DNA of 64,000 nucleotides from Methanobacteriota archaeon (GCA_027064305.1 JAMOPY010000023.1:1-64000), one strand, 5' to 3'; positions 37,579 through 47,532 are shown, numbered from the stretch's first letter. Numbers and translations: made by a program. Notes: generated from the sequence alone by a model not told the origin.

Positions 37579-39357
37579 CTACATCCGCTCGAGCGCCGGG
37601 ACGCCCAGGAGGTTCATGACGTTCTCCATCACGATGGTGAACGCCTCCACCAGTTTCAGTCGCGCCTTCCGCACCTCCTCGTCCTCCGCGTGCAGTACCG
37701 GCACCTCCTCGTAGAACGTGTGGAACGCCCGGGCGAGCTCGTAGGCGTACTCCGCCAGGATGTCCGGACGCCGCTTCCGCACGCACTGGGCCACCTGCCG
37801 CGGGAACATGGACATCCGGAAGACCAGCTCGAACGAGTGATCGTCGTCCAGGTGAGCCGCGTCGAACCGCTGCACGTCCTCGTCCGCCCGCCGGAGGATC
37901 GACCGGGCGCGCGCGTAGGCGTACTGGATGAACGGACCGCCCCGCCGGAAGTCCAGCGCCTCGTCCCAGTCGAACTCGATCGGCTTGTTCGGGCTCACGC
38001 GGGCGATGGCGAACCGGACCGCCCCGATGGCCACGTTCTCCGCGATCTCCTCCCGCTCCTCCTCGTCCAGATCCTCCGCCACGCCCGCCTCCCGCATCTT
38101 CTCCAGCGCGCGCCGCTTGGCCTCGTCCAGGAACTCATCCAGGGTCACGTACCGACCCTTCCGCGTCGACATCGAGCCCTCCGGCAGGTGAATGAACTCG
38201 TAGAAGATCACGTCCACGCGGTCCGGATCCGCGTCCAGCAGGTCGAGCGCCGCCTTCAGCTGCTGCACGGCGAGCTTGTGATCCGCCCCGAGCACGTCGA
38301 TAACGAACGCGGCCCGCCCGAGCTTCCACAGGTGGTACGCGATGTCCCGCGTCGTGTACAGGGTCGTCCCGTCGCTCCGCGTGAGCACGAGCTCCTTGTC
38401 GATCCCGTAGTCCTCCAGATCGAGGACCACGGCCCCGTCGTCGCGCTCCTCCGCCGCGCCCATCTCCACGAGCTTCTCGACGATCTCGACCGCATCCTCC
38501 ACGAACTCGCTCTCGTACACGAACCGGTCGTGGGCCACGCGGAGCCGCTCCAGGGTCTCGATGTGCCCCCTCAGGCACTCCTCCACCACGGTCTGAAACG
38601 CCTCCGCGATGCGCTCCGCCCGGGACTCCTCCTCCAGCAGATACCGCTCGTAGGAGCGCAGGAACCGCTCCACCACCTCCTCCAGCTCGGGATCCTCCTC
38701 GATCTCCCTCGCCGCCTCCGCGTACAGCTCGCCGAAGAACTCGTCCGGCTTCCTACCCTCCGGGACCTCCGGCCGCCCCTCCTTGATGTACTTCCACGCG
38801 AGCATCGCGATCTGCTTGCCCATGTCGTTCACGTAGTACTGGACCTCCACGTCGTAGTTCGTGAACACCATGCACCGGGCCAGGATGTCCCCGATGATCG
38901 CGTTCCGGCCGTGGCCAATGTGCAGCGGGCCGTTCGGGTTCGCGCTCGTGTGCTCCAGGATCGCGGGCCGACCCATCCCCAGGTCCAGCGACCCGTACTC
39001 CTCCCCGTAGTAGAAGACGGACCGGAGGACGAGGGCGGCGTACTGAGGCCGGTTCAGCCGGATGTTGATGTACCCGGGCCCCTCCACCCGGGCCTCGTCC
39101 ACGAGCACGACCTCGTCCAGGTCGGACTCCTCCAGGATCGTCTCCGCGACCCGCCGGGGCTCCTCGCCCACCTCCTTCGCCAGCGAGAGGGCGACGGGCG
39201 TGGCCACGTCCGCGTCCTCCACCGGCGGCTCCGGATCCACCGGTACCTCCACGGGCTCGTCCACGTCGTACGCCGAGGAGACGGCGTCCCGGATCGAGGT
39301 CCGGATCGTCCGGACGAGGAGCGAGTACGGATCGTGCGGTGGCGCCTCCTCCGCCAA
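37579..39357 (-). CDS. argS: Arginine--tRNA ligase
   Basis: GPGYINI, EHTSANPNGPLHIGHGRN, YYVNDMG, MSTRKG, QYAYAR. Confidence 0.97.
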   Translation of the reverse strand: MAEEAPPHDPYSLLVRTIRTSIRDAVSSAYDVDEPVEVPVDPEPPVEDADVATPVALSLAKEVGEEPRRVAETILEESDLDEVVLVDEARVEGPGYINIRLNRPQYAALVLRSVFYYGEEYGSLDLGMGRPAILEHTSANPNGPLHIGHGRNAIIGDILARCMVFTNYDVEVQYYVNDMGKQIAMLAWKYIKEGRPEVPEGRKPDEFFGELYAEAAREIEEDPELEEVVERFLRSYERYLLEEESRAERIAEAFQTVVEECLRGHIETLERLRVAHDRFVYESEFVEDAVEIVEKLVEMGAAEERDDGAVVLDLEDYGIDKELVLTRSDGTTLYTTRDIAYHLWKLGRAAFVIDVLGADHKLAVQQLKAALDLLDADPDRVDVIFYEFIHLPEGSMSTRKGRYVTLDEFLDEAKRRALEKMREAGVAEDLDEEEREEIAENVAIGAVRFAIARVSPNKPIEFDWDEALDFRRGGPFIQYAYARARSILRRADEDVQRFDAAHLDDDHSFELVFRMSMFPRQVAQCVRKRRPDILAEYAYELARAFHTFYEEVPVLHAEDEEVRKARLKLVEAFTIVMENVMNLLGVPALERM

Positions 39358-39372
39358 CGGGCACCGACCCCG

Positions 39373-40608
39373 TTACCCCGGTCGGAACCTCAGCAGCGCA
39401 CCCAGGCCGCCGAACGCCTGGTGGAACTGCGCGCCCTCCTCCGTCTCGGTTGAAATTATCTCCACCCGAGCCCCCGTCCGCTCCGCCAGCTCCAGGTAGT
39501 AGTCCACGAGCTCCTTCACGTCCTCCACCTCCAGCTCGGCCTCACCGCACTCCGGGCACTCCCCGGCCCGCTCCCTCGCCTCCTCCTTGCTCCGAACCGT
39601 GACCACCTCCTCGTGACCGCACTCCGGGCACCGGAGCACCGCCTTGTACCCCTCCAGCTCCTCCGAGATCAGCAGCGTCTCCACGGCCCCCATCCGCAGC
39701 ATCCTCTCCACCTCATCCTCCCCGTACGCCGCCAGATCCCCGTTGACCGCCTCCTCCATGAACCGCCGCACCAGCCGCTTCTCCCGGACCAGCTCCGCCT
39801 CCTTGAGCGCGTCCTCCGCCTTGTTCAGCGCCTCCCGGATCCCCGACTCGTCCGTGTTCCCCACATCCACCACGGCGATGACCTTCTCCTTCAGGTCCTT
39901 GGGCAGGTAGTCCCCCTCCAGGAACTCCTCCTTCGTCGGGCCCGGACCGCCCACGATGATCCCCTTCAGGTTCTCCACCTCCTCGAAAACCTCCCGCGCG
40001 GCCTCACCCACCTCCTGGTAGAACTCGTGCGCCGCGTGCTCGATCAGCCGATCGAAGCGCCGCTGCGACTGCCCGCCCGCCTTGTGCTTACCCGGCACAT
40101 CCGACTTAAGCCGCTTCTTCACCTCAACCCGCTTACCCTTGACCAGCCCGATCGTCGCCTCCCGACGGTCCATGACCAGCACGCCGTACACATCCTTATC
40201 CTCGAGACACTCCTTCAGGGGCTCCAGGTAAAACCTGGAATCGCACCGGTAAATGAACCGATCCACCGGCTCGGGCGGCTCGATTAGCTCCGCCACCATC
40301 TTCTCCTTCGTGCCTTCTTTAACCGTACCGACCAACACCACCAACCCGTTCTCCGGGGTCTCACCCACGGTCTTGAGCCTTTGAATAACCACCTCAATTG
40401 CGGACTGAACGTTCTTCCGCGTCCTCTTACTCTTGATATTACTCGCCTGAGAGTACTCCTCCCTCATCATTGCGATCACATCGCTCAACCGCTTCTCCGG
40501 CGGAATGTATATCGTGATCAGCTCCGTACCCTCGCCCTCCAGGCTCTCCAACCGCTCTAGCATTCTTTTGAACTTGTACCGTTCCACGCTCTCGGAGGTC
40601 GCCTCCAA
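39373..40608 (-). CDS. prf1: Peptide chain release factor aRF1
   Basis: NIKS, YRCDSRF, GGQS and GGPG motifs. Confidence 0.97.
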   Translation of the reverse strand: MEATSESVERYKFKRMLERLESLEGEGTELITIYIPPEKRLSDVIAMMREEYSQASNIKSKRTRKNVQSAIEVVIQRLKTVGETPENGLVVLVGTVKEGTKEKMVAELIEPPEPVDRFIYRCDSRFYLEPLKECLEDKDVYGVLVMDRREATIGLVKGKRVEVKKRLKSDVPGKHKAGGQSQRRFDRLIEHAAHEFYQEVGEAAREVFEEVENLKGIIVGGPGPTKEEFLEGDYLPKDLKEKVIAVVDVGNTDESGIREALNKAEDALKEAELVREKRLVRRFMEEAVNGDLAAYGEDEVERMLRMGAVETLLISEELEGYKAVLRCPECGHEEVVTVRSKEEARERAGECPECGEAELEVEDVKELVDYYLELAERTGARVEIISTETEEGAQFHQAFGGLGALLRFRPG

Positions 40609-40625
40609 CCGGGCTCCCCCAGGGG

Positions 40626-41306
40626 GTGATCGGGCTGTACGCGGTCGTGGCGCTCGGCGGGTCCGTGCTCAACGTGCGGAACCCGGACCGGATCCGGGAG
40701 GCCGCGGACCTCATCTCCGAAGCGCTGGAATCCGGGCTGAAAACCTGCGTCGTCGTCGGTGGGGGCCCCGTCGCCCGTGAGTACATAAACGTAGCGCGAG
40801 ACCTCGGGGCGCCCGAGACCGCCCTCGACGAGCTCGGCATCACGGTGACCCGACTGAACGCCGCCCTCCTCAACCTCGCGCTCGGCCGGCCCGGGACCGA
40901 CGTCCCGGAAACCCCCTCGGAAGCCGCGGAAACGGTCCGCCGGGAGGGCGTGGCCGTCTGCGGGGGCACGCACCCGGGCCACACCACCGACGCCGTCGGG
41001 GCCATGATCGCCGAGCTCCTGCAGGCCCCGCTCATCATCGTCACCAACGTGGACGGGATCTACGACCGGGACCCGAGCGAGCCGGGCGCCCGGAAGTTCC
41101 GGGAGATCAGCGCCCGCGAGCTCGAGCGGCTGGCCTTCGAGGCCGACCTGGAGGCCGGCGGCAGCTTCGTGGTCGATCCCGTCGCGACCAAGATCATCCG
41201 CCGCGGCCGCGTGACCACCCACGTCCTGTCCTGGGATGACTTCAAAAGCGCCGGGATCCGGGGGACCCTCCGGGGCCGGCACGACGGCACGATCGTCCGG
41301 GGGTGA
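40626..41306 (+). CDS. pyrH: UMP kinase
   Basis: LGGS, VVGGG..AREYI, GGTHPGHTTD, NVDGIYDRDP. Confidence 0.94.
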   Translation: MIGLYAVVALGGSVLNVRNPDRIREAADLISEALESGLKTCVVVGGGPVAREYINVARDLGAPETALDELGITVTRLNAALLNLALGRPGTDVPETPSEAAETVRREGVAVCGGTHPGHTTDAVGAMIAELLQAPLIIVTNVDGIYDRDPSEPGARKFREISARELERLAFEADLEAGGSFVVDPVATKIIRRGRVTTHVLSWDDFKSAGIRGTLRGRHDGTIVRG

Positions 41307-41310
41307 CCGG

Positions 41311-41508
41311 GTGTCGGAGCGCGAGCGCGTCCCCCCGCACTCCCACTGCATCGTCTGCGGGGCCGCGATCCCCGAGGGAGAACGCTTCTGCAGCGAGAGA
41401 TGCCGGCGCGAGTACGAGCGCCGACGTCGGCGGGCCACCCTCACCCACTGGATCCTCGCGGGCGGCCTGATCGCCCTCGGCATCGTCCTCATGCTCCGCG
41501 GGGTCTAG
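41311..41508 (+). CDS. DUF2116 zinc-ribbon membrane protein
   Basis: PPHSHCIVCG..IP...RFCS.RC followed by a C-terminal TM helix; follows pyrH. Confidence 0.8.
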   Translation: MSERERVPPHSHCIVCGAAIPEGERFCSERCRREYERRRRRATLTHWILAGGLIALGIVLMLRGV

Positions 41509-42230
41509 ACCCGCAGCGACTCCAGCCCCTCCCCACGACGACCACGAACGACCTCCCCCGGCGTCCTCACCCGGAGTCCCGGGCAGAAGACCTCCGAGCC
41601 CCCCGCCACGAGCCCGCCGTACTCCACCCACGTCAGGAACTCGTACCCCGGCCCCGGGGTCTCGTACTCGAACTCCTTCGGGATCCGCCCCTCGGTTCGG
41701 ATCACCTCGAGCGGCTCCGCCCCGCGCACGTCCGTGGGCGCGTACCGGGGCGTCCGCGGCGGGTCCTCCAGCGGTCGCCGCCCGATCCGCACCTCCGGGG
41801 GCAGCACCCGGGGCCCGTACCGCTCCAGCGCGGCGTTCACCACGTCCACGAAGTCCTCCTCCAGCAGCAGCGTGTCGATCATCTCGCAGACGATCACGTC
41901 GGCGTTCACCTCCACGCGCCGCGCGTCGGCCCGCACCACCTCCCACCGCACGTCCCTCGGCGCGTACCTCCTGAGGTTCCGCTCCAGCAGCCGGGCCCTC
42001 CTGGGATTCCGCTCCACCGCGACGACCCGACGGGCGCCCGCGTTCGCGGCGACCACGGAGAGCGGTCCCGTCCCGGCGCCCAGGTCGGCGAACTCGGCCC
42101 CGTCGGCGTGGTCGCACACCATGCGGACGAACGCGCCCGTCCGCTCCCGGTCCCGCAGCAGGTCGTCCTGGTAGGCGTCCACGAGCAGCCGGAAGCTCCC
42201 GACCGGGGTGCGGAGCGTCCGGACCAGCAT
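41505..42230 (-). CDS. Class I SAM-dependent methyltransferase (PRMT-like/COG4076-like)
   Basis: YQDDLLRDRER, DLGAGTG, AVE, DVIVCEMIDT. Confidence 0.8.
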   Translation of the reverse strand: MLVRTLRTPVGSFRLLVDAYQDDLLRDRERTGAFVRMVCDHADGAEFADLGAGTGPLSVVAANAGARRVVAVERNPRRARLLERNLRRYAPRDVRWEVVRADARRVEVNADVIVCEMIDTLLLEEDFVDVVNAALERYGPRVLPPEVRIGRRPLEDPPRTPRYAPTDVRGAEPLEVIRTEGRIPKEFEYETPGPGYEFLTWVEYGGLVAGGSEVFCPGLRVRTPGEVVRGRRGEGLESLRV

Positions 42231-42232
42231 GG

Positions 42233-42775
42233 TCAGCCTTCCGCGGCCTGCTGCTGCCGCTTCTTCGCCTCCTCCTCCCGCGCCTCCTCTTCCCTCCTCC
42301 CCGTCTTCAGCTTGATCACGTAGTCGGCGGCGTTCTGCAGGGCCGTGCTGAACCCCGGCTCGGCCCCGATCACGATGGTCACCTTGCCCCGCTCCTTCGC
42401 CTTCGCGATGATGGGCAGGAAGTCCGTGTCCCGCGTCATCAGGGCCAGCGCGTCCACGCTGTCGCTGTAGATGATGTCCATCGCCTCCACGGCGAGGTAC
42501 ACGTCCACGTCCCCCGGGATGACCCGGGGCACGAACCCCTGGTTCGCCACCGCCTCGATGAGCTTGTCCGACGCGTACTGGTTCAGGAACGCCAGGCCGA
42601 TGCGGATCGTGCCCAGCTCCTCGACGAGCTCCCGGACCTCCTTCAGACTGATGTCGAACTCGCGCCGGAGCATGTTCGGCCCGTCGATCAGCATCGCGAT
42701 GTCCAGATCGCCCCGCTTGGTCTTGCGCTTGATCACGCCGCTCATGTAGTCCTTAACGGTATCCAGCAAGATCAA
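42233..42775 (-). CDS. NYN domain protein (TIGR00288-like)
   Basis: IDGPNML, GDVDV, TRDTDFLP, FSTALQNAAD. Confidence 0.85.
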   Translation of the reverse strand: MILLDTVKDYMSGVIKRKTKRGDLDIAMLIDGPNMLRREFDISLKEVRELVEELGTIRIGLAFLNQYASDKLIEAVANQGFVPRVIPGDVDVYLAVEAMDIIYSDSVDALALMTRDTDFLPIIAKAKERGKVTIVIGAEPGFSTALQNAADYVIKLKTGRREEEAREEEAKKRQQQAAEG

Positions 42776-43524
42776 CCACCCGCGAACACGCGCACTCGGG
42801 TTTCTCCCGGGCAAAAGTGGAAGGGGAAGGATTCCACGATCGCCGCGTCCACAACGCCGGCACGGGTGAGCAACGGGACCAAGTGCGTGCAGGACTGGGC
42901 GTACAGCGCGATGGGACCGCGGTGACGGGTCACGATGCGCTTGAACGAGCCGTTCACCAGCACCATGCCGGTGGCCAGTAGCGGGAACTCGCCCAGCCTC
43001 GCGCGCCGCGGGACCCCCACCCGGGGATCCGCGTCCACCACCCCCCGGAGCAGCCCCCGTCGCTCCAGCTCCCGACGGAGGGCGCCGGAGTATCCAATCA
43101 GGAGCACCCTCTCTCCGAACCGGTCCTCCACCGTATCCGCTATGATGCGGGCCCGCTCCTTTTCAGCCTTCCTGTAACTCCTGGGCAGCCGCTCGGAGAG
43201 CAGCGGCGAGACCTCGCCGGCCCGGGCGCTGGCCATGGCGTCCAGGGTCAGGGCGCTCGTCGGCGGGTCCGAGGACGAGCGCCACACGGCCTTCAACCGG
43301 CGGCCCAGGAGGCCCGAGTCCGAGGGCGGTCGGGGGTGCAGGACGGTCCCCTCGAGCCCCCCATCCGTTTTGATCATTGTAACGATATCGTCGTGGACGC
43401 GGTCCCCGTCCGGGGGTCGACGCGCCCCCGTCAGCGTGAGCACGGCGGCGATTCGATCGTCCGACCCCTCACTCCTCACCAGGCTCCTTACCACCCTGGA
43501 ATAGCGCCTCCAGCGCCCGGTCAT
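42772..43524 (-). CDS. Hypothetical protein with a DUF364-like Rossmann domain
   Basis: VLLIGY, LATGMVLVNGS, ALYAQS; overlap-coupled in the operon. Confidence 0.55.
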   Translation of the reverse strand: MTGRWRRYSRVVRSLVRSEGSDDRIAAVLTLTGARRPPDGDRVHDDIVTMIKTDGGLEGTVLHPRPPSDSGLLGRRLKAVWRSSSDPPTSALTLDAMASARAGEVSPLLSERLPRSYRKAEKERARIIADTVEDRFGERVLLIGYSGALRRELERRGLLRGVVDADPRVGVPRRARLGEFPLLATGMVLVNGSFKRIVTRHRGPIALYAQSCTHLVPLLTRAGVVDAAIVESFPFHFCPGETRVRVFAGG

Positions 43525-43813
43525 CGCACTCCCCCGGCGCGTCCCGCCTCCCCACCCGCACCTCCGGCCTACCGTAGCGCTCCAGCACCGACCTCACGAC
43601 CCCGCCGGGATCGCCCGGGCCGACCACGTCCGCCAGGATCACGTACTCGCGGGCGGGGCGGCCCCCGGCGAGGATCACCGCCCCCTCGCTCACCAGCACG
43701 CGCTCGACCTCGAACCCCGCCGCCCGGAGCGCTCGCTCCAGCCGCTTCCTCAGCTCGCGCGGGCGGAGCGGTTTGGTGGCGAGGAGGTGGGCGTCGACCA
43801 TGCGCCGGCTCAC
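43469..43813 (-). CDS. Hypothetical protein
   Basis: GTGA overlap with the phoH stop; protein-like alpha/beta pattern (VDAHLLATKP...GFEVERVLV). Confidence 0.55.
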   Translation of the reverse strand: MSRRMVDAHLLATKPLRPRELRKRLERALRAAGFEVERVLVSEGAVILAGGRPAREYVILADVVGPGDPGGVVRSVLERYGRPEVRVGRRDAPGECDDRALEALFQGGKEPGEE

Positions 43814-44952
43814 GCCTGCTCGACCTCCAGGCCCATGCCGAGGAGCTCCTGCAGTACCTCCTCGACGAACCGGGCGTACCGGCCGCGCTGCCCCATGAAC
43901 GGGCCGAAGTCCCGCCGGTCGATCCACACCTTCAGGTTCGGGCCCGCGATGTCCACGTCGACGATGCGCTCCCCGATCCACGGGACCGGGTGGATGTCCG
44001 CGATGAAGTCGATGAAGTCCAGCGTCAGGTGCGTGACGACGATCCGCATGTTCGTCTCCGCCTCGATGTTCTCGATCCGCTCGCCCCCCGTGCCGACCAC
44101 CCGGCCCACGTGCCCCTCCTTGGTCACGATCACGGCCTGCGGCACGTTCTCCGTGTCGATCTCCAGGTCCTCGGCGATGGGCTCCACGTACAGGACCGTG
44201 AGCACGTCGGCGTCCGGCGCCTCCACCCGGACCACGTCCATGATCTCCCGCTCCACGTCGTTCAGCTCGCGGTTGCGGACGCGGATCTCCAGCTGCAGGT
44301 GCACGCCCCGCTCCGCGCCCGGCCGCACGATGTCCCGCGTGCCCAGGTCGATCACCGCGGCCTTGGGCTCCTCGGCCAGGATCTCCCGCATGACCGTCGC
44401 GCCGCACCGCTCCACGTCGATGTCCTTCTGGAAGACCGGATCGCCCGTGATCAGCAGGCGCGAGTTGTGACCCATCCGCGCCAGTACCTCGCCCGCGTTC
44501 TCCGGCAGCATGTTCTGAACCTCGTCCAGCAGGATCACGGCGTCGTCGAACGTGCGCCCCCGGACGAAGTGCGTGTCCACGATCATGATCTTCTCCTCAT
44601 CGATCATCCGCCGGAGCTCCTTCCGCCCCGTGAACTGCGAGAGCACGTCCATCACCGGCGTGACGACCATCTCCTCGAACTTCTCCGGCACGTCGGCGGA
44701 GCTCATCTCCTCCTTCGTCGCCACGTCCACGAGCGGCCGCGTGACGATGAACCGATCGTACTCGCCCTCCATCACCGCCTTCACGCCGTACGCGGCGCAG
44801 AAGAGCGTCTTACCCGTACCCGTCGGCCCGAACGCGGCCACGATCTCGTTCTCCTCGTCCAGCAGGGCCTCGTACAGCTCCTTCTGACCGTCCGTCTGGG
44901 GCTCCACCCCGAGCAGGTCCTCCACCATCCGCCGCGCACCCCCGGCCGTCAT
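43810..44952 (-). CDS. PhoH family ATPase with C-terminal KH domains
   Basis: GPTGTGKT, RGRTF, LDEVQN, TGD; GxxG loops VVGTGG and FMGQRG. Confidence 0.88.
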   Translation of the reverse strand: MTAGGARRMVEDLLGVEPQTDGQKELYEALLDEENEIVAAFGPTGTGKTLFCAAYGVKAVMEGEYDRFIVTRPLVDVATKEEMSSADVPEKFEEMVVTPVMDVLSQFTGRKELRRMIDEEKIMIVDTHFVRGRTFDDAVILLDEVQNMLPENAGEVLARMGHNSRLLITGDPVFQKDIDVERCGATVMREILAEEPKAAVIDLGTRDIVRPGAERGVHLQLEIRVRNRELNDVEREIMDVVRVEAPDADVLTVLYVEPIAEDLEIDTENVPQAVIVTKEGHVGRVVGTGGERIENIEAETNMRIVVTHLTLDFIDFIADIHPVPWIGERIVDVDIAGPNLKVWIDRRDFGPFMGQRGRYARFVEEVLQELLGMGLEVEQA

Positions 44953-45728
44953 CTACCGAACCTTCGCTCCCGCTTCTGAAACTCCCGGATCGCCCGGAGC
45001 AGATCGATCTTGCGGAACTCCGGCCAGTACACGTCCACGAAGTACAGCTCGGAGTACGCGGAGTACCACAGGAGGAAGTTACTCAACCGCTCCTCACCGC
45101 TCGTCCGGATGATGAGCTCCGGATCGGGCAGGTCACCCACGTAGACGTACTCGCGGAACGTCTCCTCGTCTATGCTGCGAGGATCGAGCCGGCCCGATTT
45201 AACGTCTTGGGCGATCTCTCGCACCGCGTCGATGATCTCCTGACGGCCCCCGTACGCCACCGCCACGTTCAGGAACCGCTCCGAGTACTCCCTCGTCGCC
45301 TCCTCCGCCTCCCGAATCGCCTCCCGCACCCGACGCGGCAGCAGGTGCAACCGACCCATCGCCCGCACGGCGACCCGACGCCGATGAATCCGCTCGCTCC
45401 GGGCCAGCTCCCTGAACCGCTCCTCCATCAGGTCGAACAGATGACGCAGCTCCTCCTTCGGCCGGTTCAGGTTCTCGGTGGAGAGCGCGTAAACCGTGAC
45501 GATCCTAACCCCGATGTCGAAGCACCATTCCAGCACCTGCTCCAGCTTATCCGCCCCGTACCGGTGCCCCTCCCAGGGCTTCAGCCCCAACTCGCGGGCG
45601 AACCTACGATTCCCATCCATGATGATGCCCACGTGCTCGGGCACCTTACCCCGACGCACCCTCCGCTCCAACATCCTCTCGTACATCTTATATACCGGCT
45701 TGAGGGAGGCCCGGACGACCTGCCTCAT
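44949..45728 (-). CDS. uppS: cis-Prenyltransferase (polyprenyl diphosphate synthase)
   Basis: HVGIIMDGNRR, STENLNR, YGGRQEI, IRTSGEERLSNFL, RRFG. Confidence 0.96.
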   Translation of the reverse strand: MRQVVRASLKPVYKMYERMLERRVRRGKVPEHVGIIMDGNRRFARELGLKPWEGHRYGADKLEQVLEWCFDIGVRIVTVYALSTENLNRPKEELRHLFDLMEERFRELARSERIHRRRVAVRAMGRLHLLPRRVREAIREAEEATREYSERFLNVAVAYGGRQEIIDAVREIAQDVKSGRLDPRSIDEETFREYVYVGDLPDPELIIRTSGEERLSNFLLWYSAYSELYFVDVYWPEFRKIDLLRAIREFQKRERRFGR

Positions 45729-45807
45729 CGCGCGACGCGGATTCACGGACGCGATGCGACCGAACGCGGACGTTAACCCCTCCCACCCCCTGACGGGGGT
45801 TGAACCG

Positions 45808-46302
45808 TTGATCGGGCTGATCTCGGACACCCACGACAACCTGCGAGCCGTGCGCGAGCTGGCGGACCGAATGAACGACGAGGGCGTCGAAGTCGTGCTG
45901 CACGCCGGCGACTACGTCGCTCCCTTCACGCTCCCCGAGCTCGCGAAAATCGACTGCGAGGAGTTTATAGGCGTTTTCGGAAACAACGACGGGGAGCGCG
46001 ATTTCCTCCGCGAGAAGGCGGAAGAGGTCGGCTTCAACCTGGTCGGCGAGGTCTTCACGGGCGAGGTCCTGGGACTGAAGGTCGCCATGGTGCACGGGAC
46101 CGAGGAGGCCATCGTCGAGGCCCTCGCCCGCTCCGGCCAGTACGACGTGGTCGTCTACGGCCACACCCACGAGCCCGAGGAGCGCCGGGTGGGCGACACC
46201 CTCGTCGTGAACCCCGGCGAGGCCTGCGGGTACGTGACCGGCCGCCGCACCGCGGCCCTCCTGGACCCCGACGAACGAACGGTCAAGCTGATCGAGTTCT
46301 GA
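45808..46302 (+). CDS. Metallophosphoesterase (MJ0936/YfcE family)
   Basis: SDTHDN, HAGD, GNND, HG, GHTH, NPG. Confidence 0.92.
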   Translation: MIGLISDTHDNLRAVRELADRMNDEGVEVVLHAGDYVAPFTLPELAKIDCEEFIGVFGNNDGERDFLREKAEEVGFNLVGEVFTGEVLGLKVAMVHGTEEAIVEALARSGQYDVVVYGHTHEPEERRVGDTLVVNPGEACGYVTGRRTAALLDPDERTVKLIEF

Positions 46303-46309
46303 CCCCGCA

Positions 46310-46369
46310 CTCCGATGACGAGCACGGCCTTCACCCGACGGGGTGATGACATCCACCCGAGCCGAGGAG
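46310..46369 (+). ncRNA. Box C/D guide sRNA, likely targeting the 5' region of 23S rRNA
   Basis: CTCC-G-ATGACGA(C)-GCACGGCCTTCAC-CCGA(D')-CGGG-GTGATGA(C')-CATCCACCCGAG-CCGA(D)-GGAG. Guides complement the conserved LSU rRNA motifs GGUGGAUG and UGAAGGNCGUG. Confidence 0.88.
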
Positions 46370-47520
46370 CCCGCCCCTTCGCCCGCCCCGACCTGGACGA
46401 CCCCAGGCTGGCGAACCTCCTCCAAGCCCGCACCCCCGACTACCCGACCCTCCTCGCCGCCCTCATCGCACCCGTCCGCTGGTACACGCTCCGCGTGAAC
46501 ACGCTGAAGGCGGACCCGGAGGACGTCCTGGAGCTCCTGTCCCGGGAGCTACCGGACCACCGCGTCCGACCCTCCCCGTACTCCGAGCACGCCGTGGAGA
46601 TCGAGGTGAAGGGACCCCACCGAGTGCGCCCCGACGAGGAGCGGGTCGTGGTGGCCGACAAGTTCGCCGCCGAGAGCGTGTACGTGGGGGCCGACCTGTA
46701 CGCCCCCGGGGTGCTCCGGGCCGAGGGCGTGAGGCGGGGCGATCGGGTGCTCGTCGTCTCCGAGCGGGGCCACCCCGTGGCCCTCGGCGTGGCCGAGATG
46801 GACGGGGACGAGATGGAGGATCGGGACCGGGGGCTGGCCGTCCGCGTCGACCGACCCGTGTACCGGGCCCCCAAGGTGCGCGCCACCCGGGCCTACGCCC
46901 GGGGCTGGATCTACTCCCAGGGCCTCCCCTCCATCCTCGCCGTCGAGGCCCTCGACCCGCGACCCGGAGAGTCCGTCATCGACCTCTGCGCGGCCCCCGG
47001 GGGCAAGTGCTCCCACGTCGCCCAGCTCACGGGCCCCGACTCCAAGATCGTCGCCATCGACCGGTCCAAACCCCGGCTGGAGCGGATGGAACGACGATTG
47101 CGACGGCTCGGCATCGACTGGGTCCGGGTGATCCACGGGGACGCCCGACGCGTCTGCCGCCGACTCCGGGAGCGGTTCGACGTGGCGATCGTGGACCCGC
47201 CCTGCACCGCCCTGGGCGTGCGACCCAAGCTGTGGATCGAGGCCACCTACGAGGAGTGCCTGGGCCTACCCTCGTACCAGTTCTCGCTGCTCCGAGCCGC
47301 CCACCGGGTCCTAAGACCGGGCGGCCGCCTCCTCTACGCCACCTGCACGCTGACCCGCGAGGAGAACGAGCTCGTCGTCCGCCGAGCGGTCGAAGAGCTA
47401 GGCATGGAGCCGATCACCGAGGCACTTAAGCCCGCGAACCCCGCCGGGGACGGCGCGCTCTTCCTCCCTCACCGAGCGGACACGCCCGGGTTCTTCTACG
47501 CCGTGCTCAGGAAGGAATAG
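46315..47520 (+). CDS. RsmB/NOP2 family RNA m5C methyltransferase with PUA domain (NSun6-like)
   Basis: RVNTLK, PUA (GADLYAPGV), DLCAAPGGK, DPPCT, YATCT. Start uncertain because it overlaps the sRNA. Confidence 0.9.
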   Translation: MTSTAFTRRGDDIHPSRGARPFARPDLDDPRLANLLQARTPDYPTLLAALIAPVRWYTLRVNTLKADPEDVLELLSRELPDHRVRPSPYSEHAVEIEVKGPHRVRPDEERVVVADKFAAESVYVGADLYAPGVLRAEGVRRGDRVLVVSERGHPVALGVAEMDGDEMEDRDRGLAVRVDRPVYRAPKVRATRAYARGWIYSQGLPSILAVEALDPRPGESVIDLCAAPGGKCSHVAQLTGPDSKIVAIDRSKPRLERMERRLRRLGIDWVRVIHGDARRVCRRLRERFDVAIVDPPCTALGVRPKLWIEATYEECLGLPSYQFSLLRAAHRVLRPGGRLLYATCTLTREENELVVRRAVEELGMEPITEALKPANPAGDGALFLPHRADTPGFFYAVLRKE

Positions 47521-47532
47521 GCGGGTAGCGCG

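Noticed and set aside
37450-37580. tRNA as an integration site for a mobile element
   Set aside because: No integrase, no duplicated tRNA 3' end and no compositional island seen in the window.
39520-39640. Two CPECG motifs in aRF1
   Set aside because: Known zinc-binding mini-domain of archaeal aRF1.
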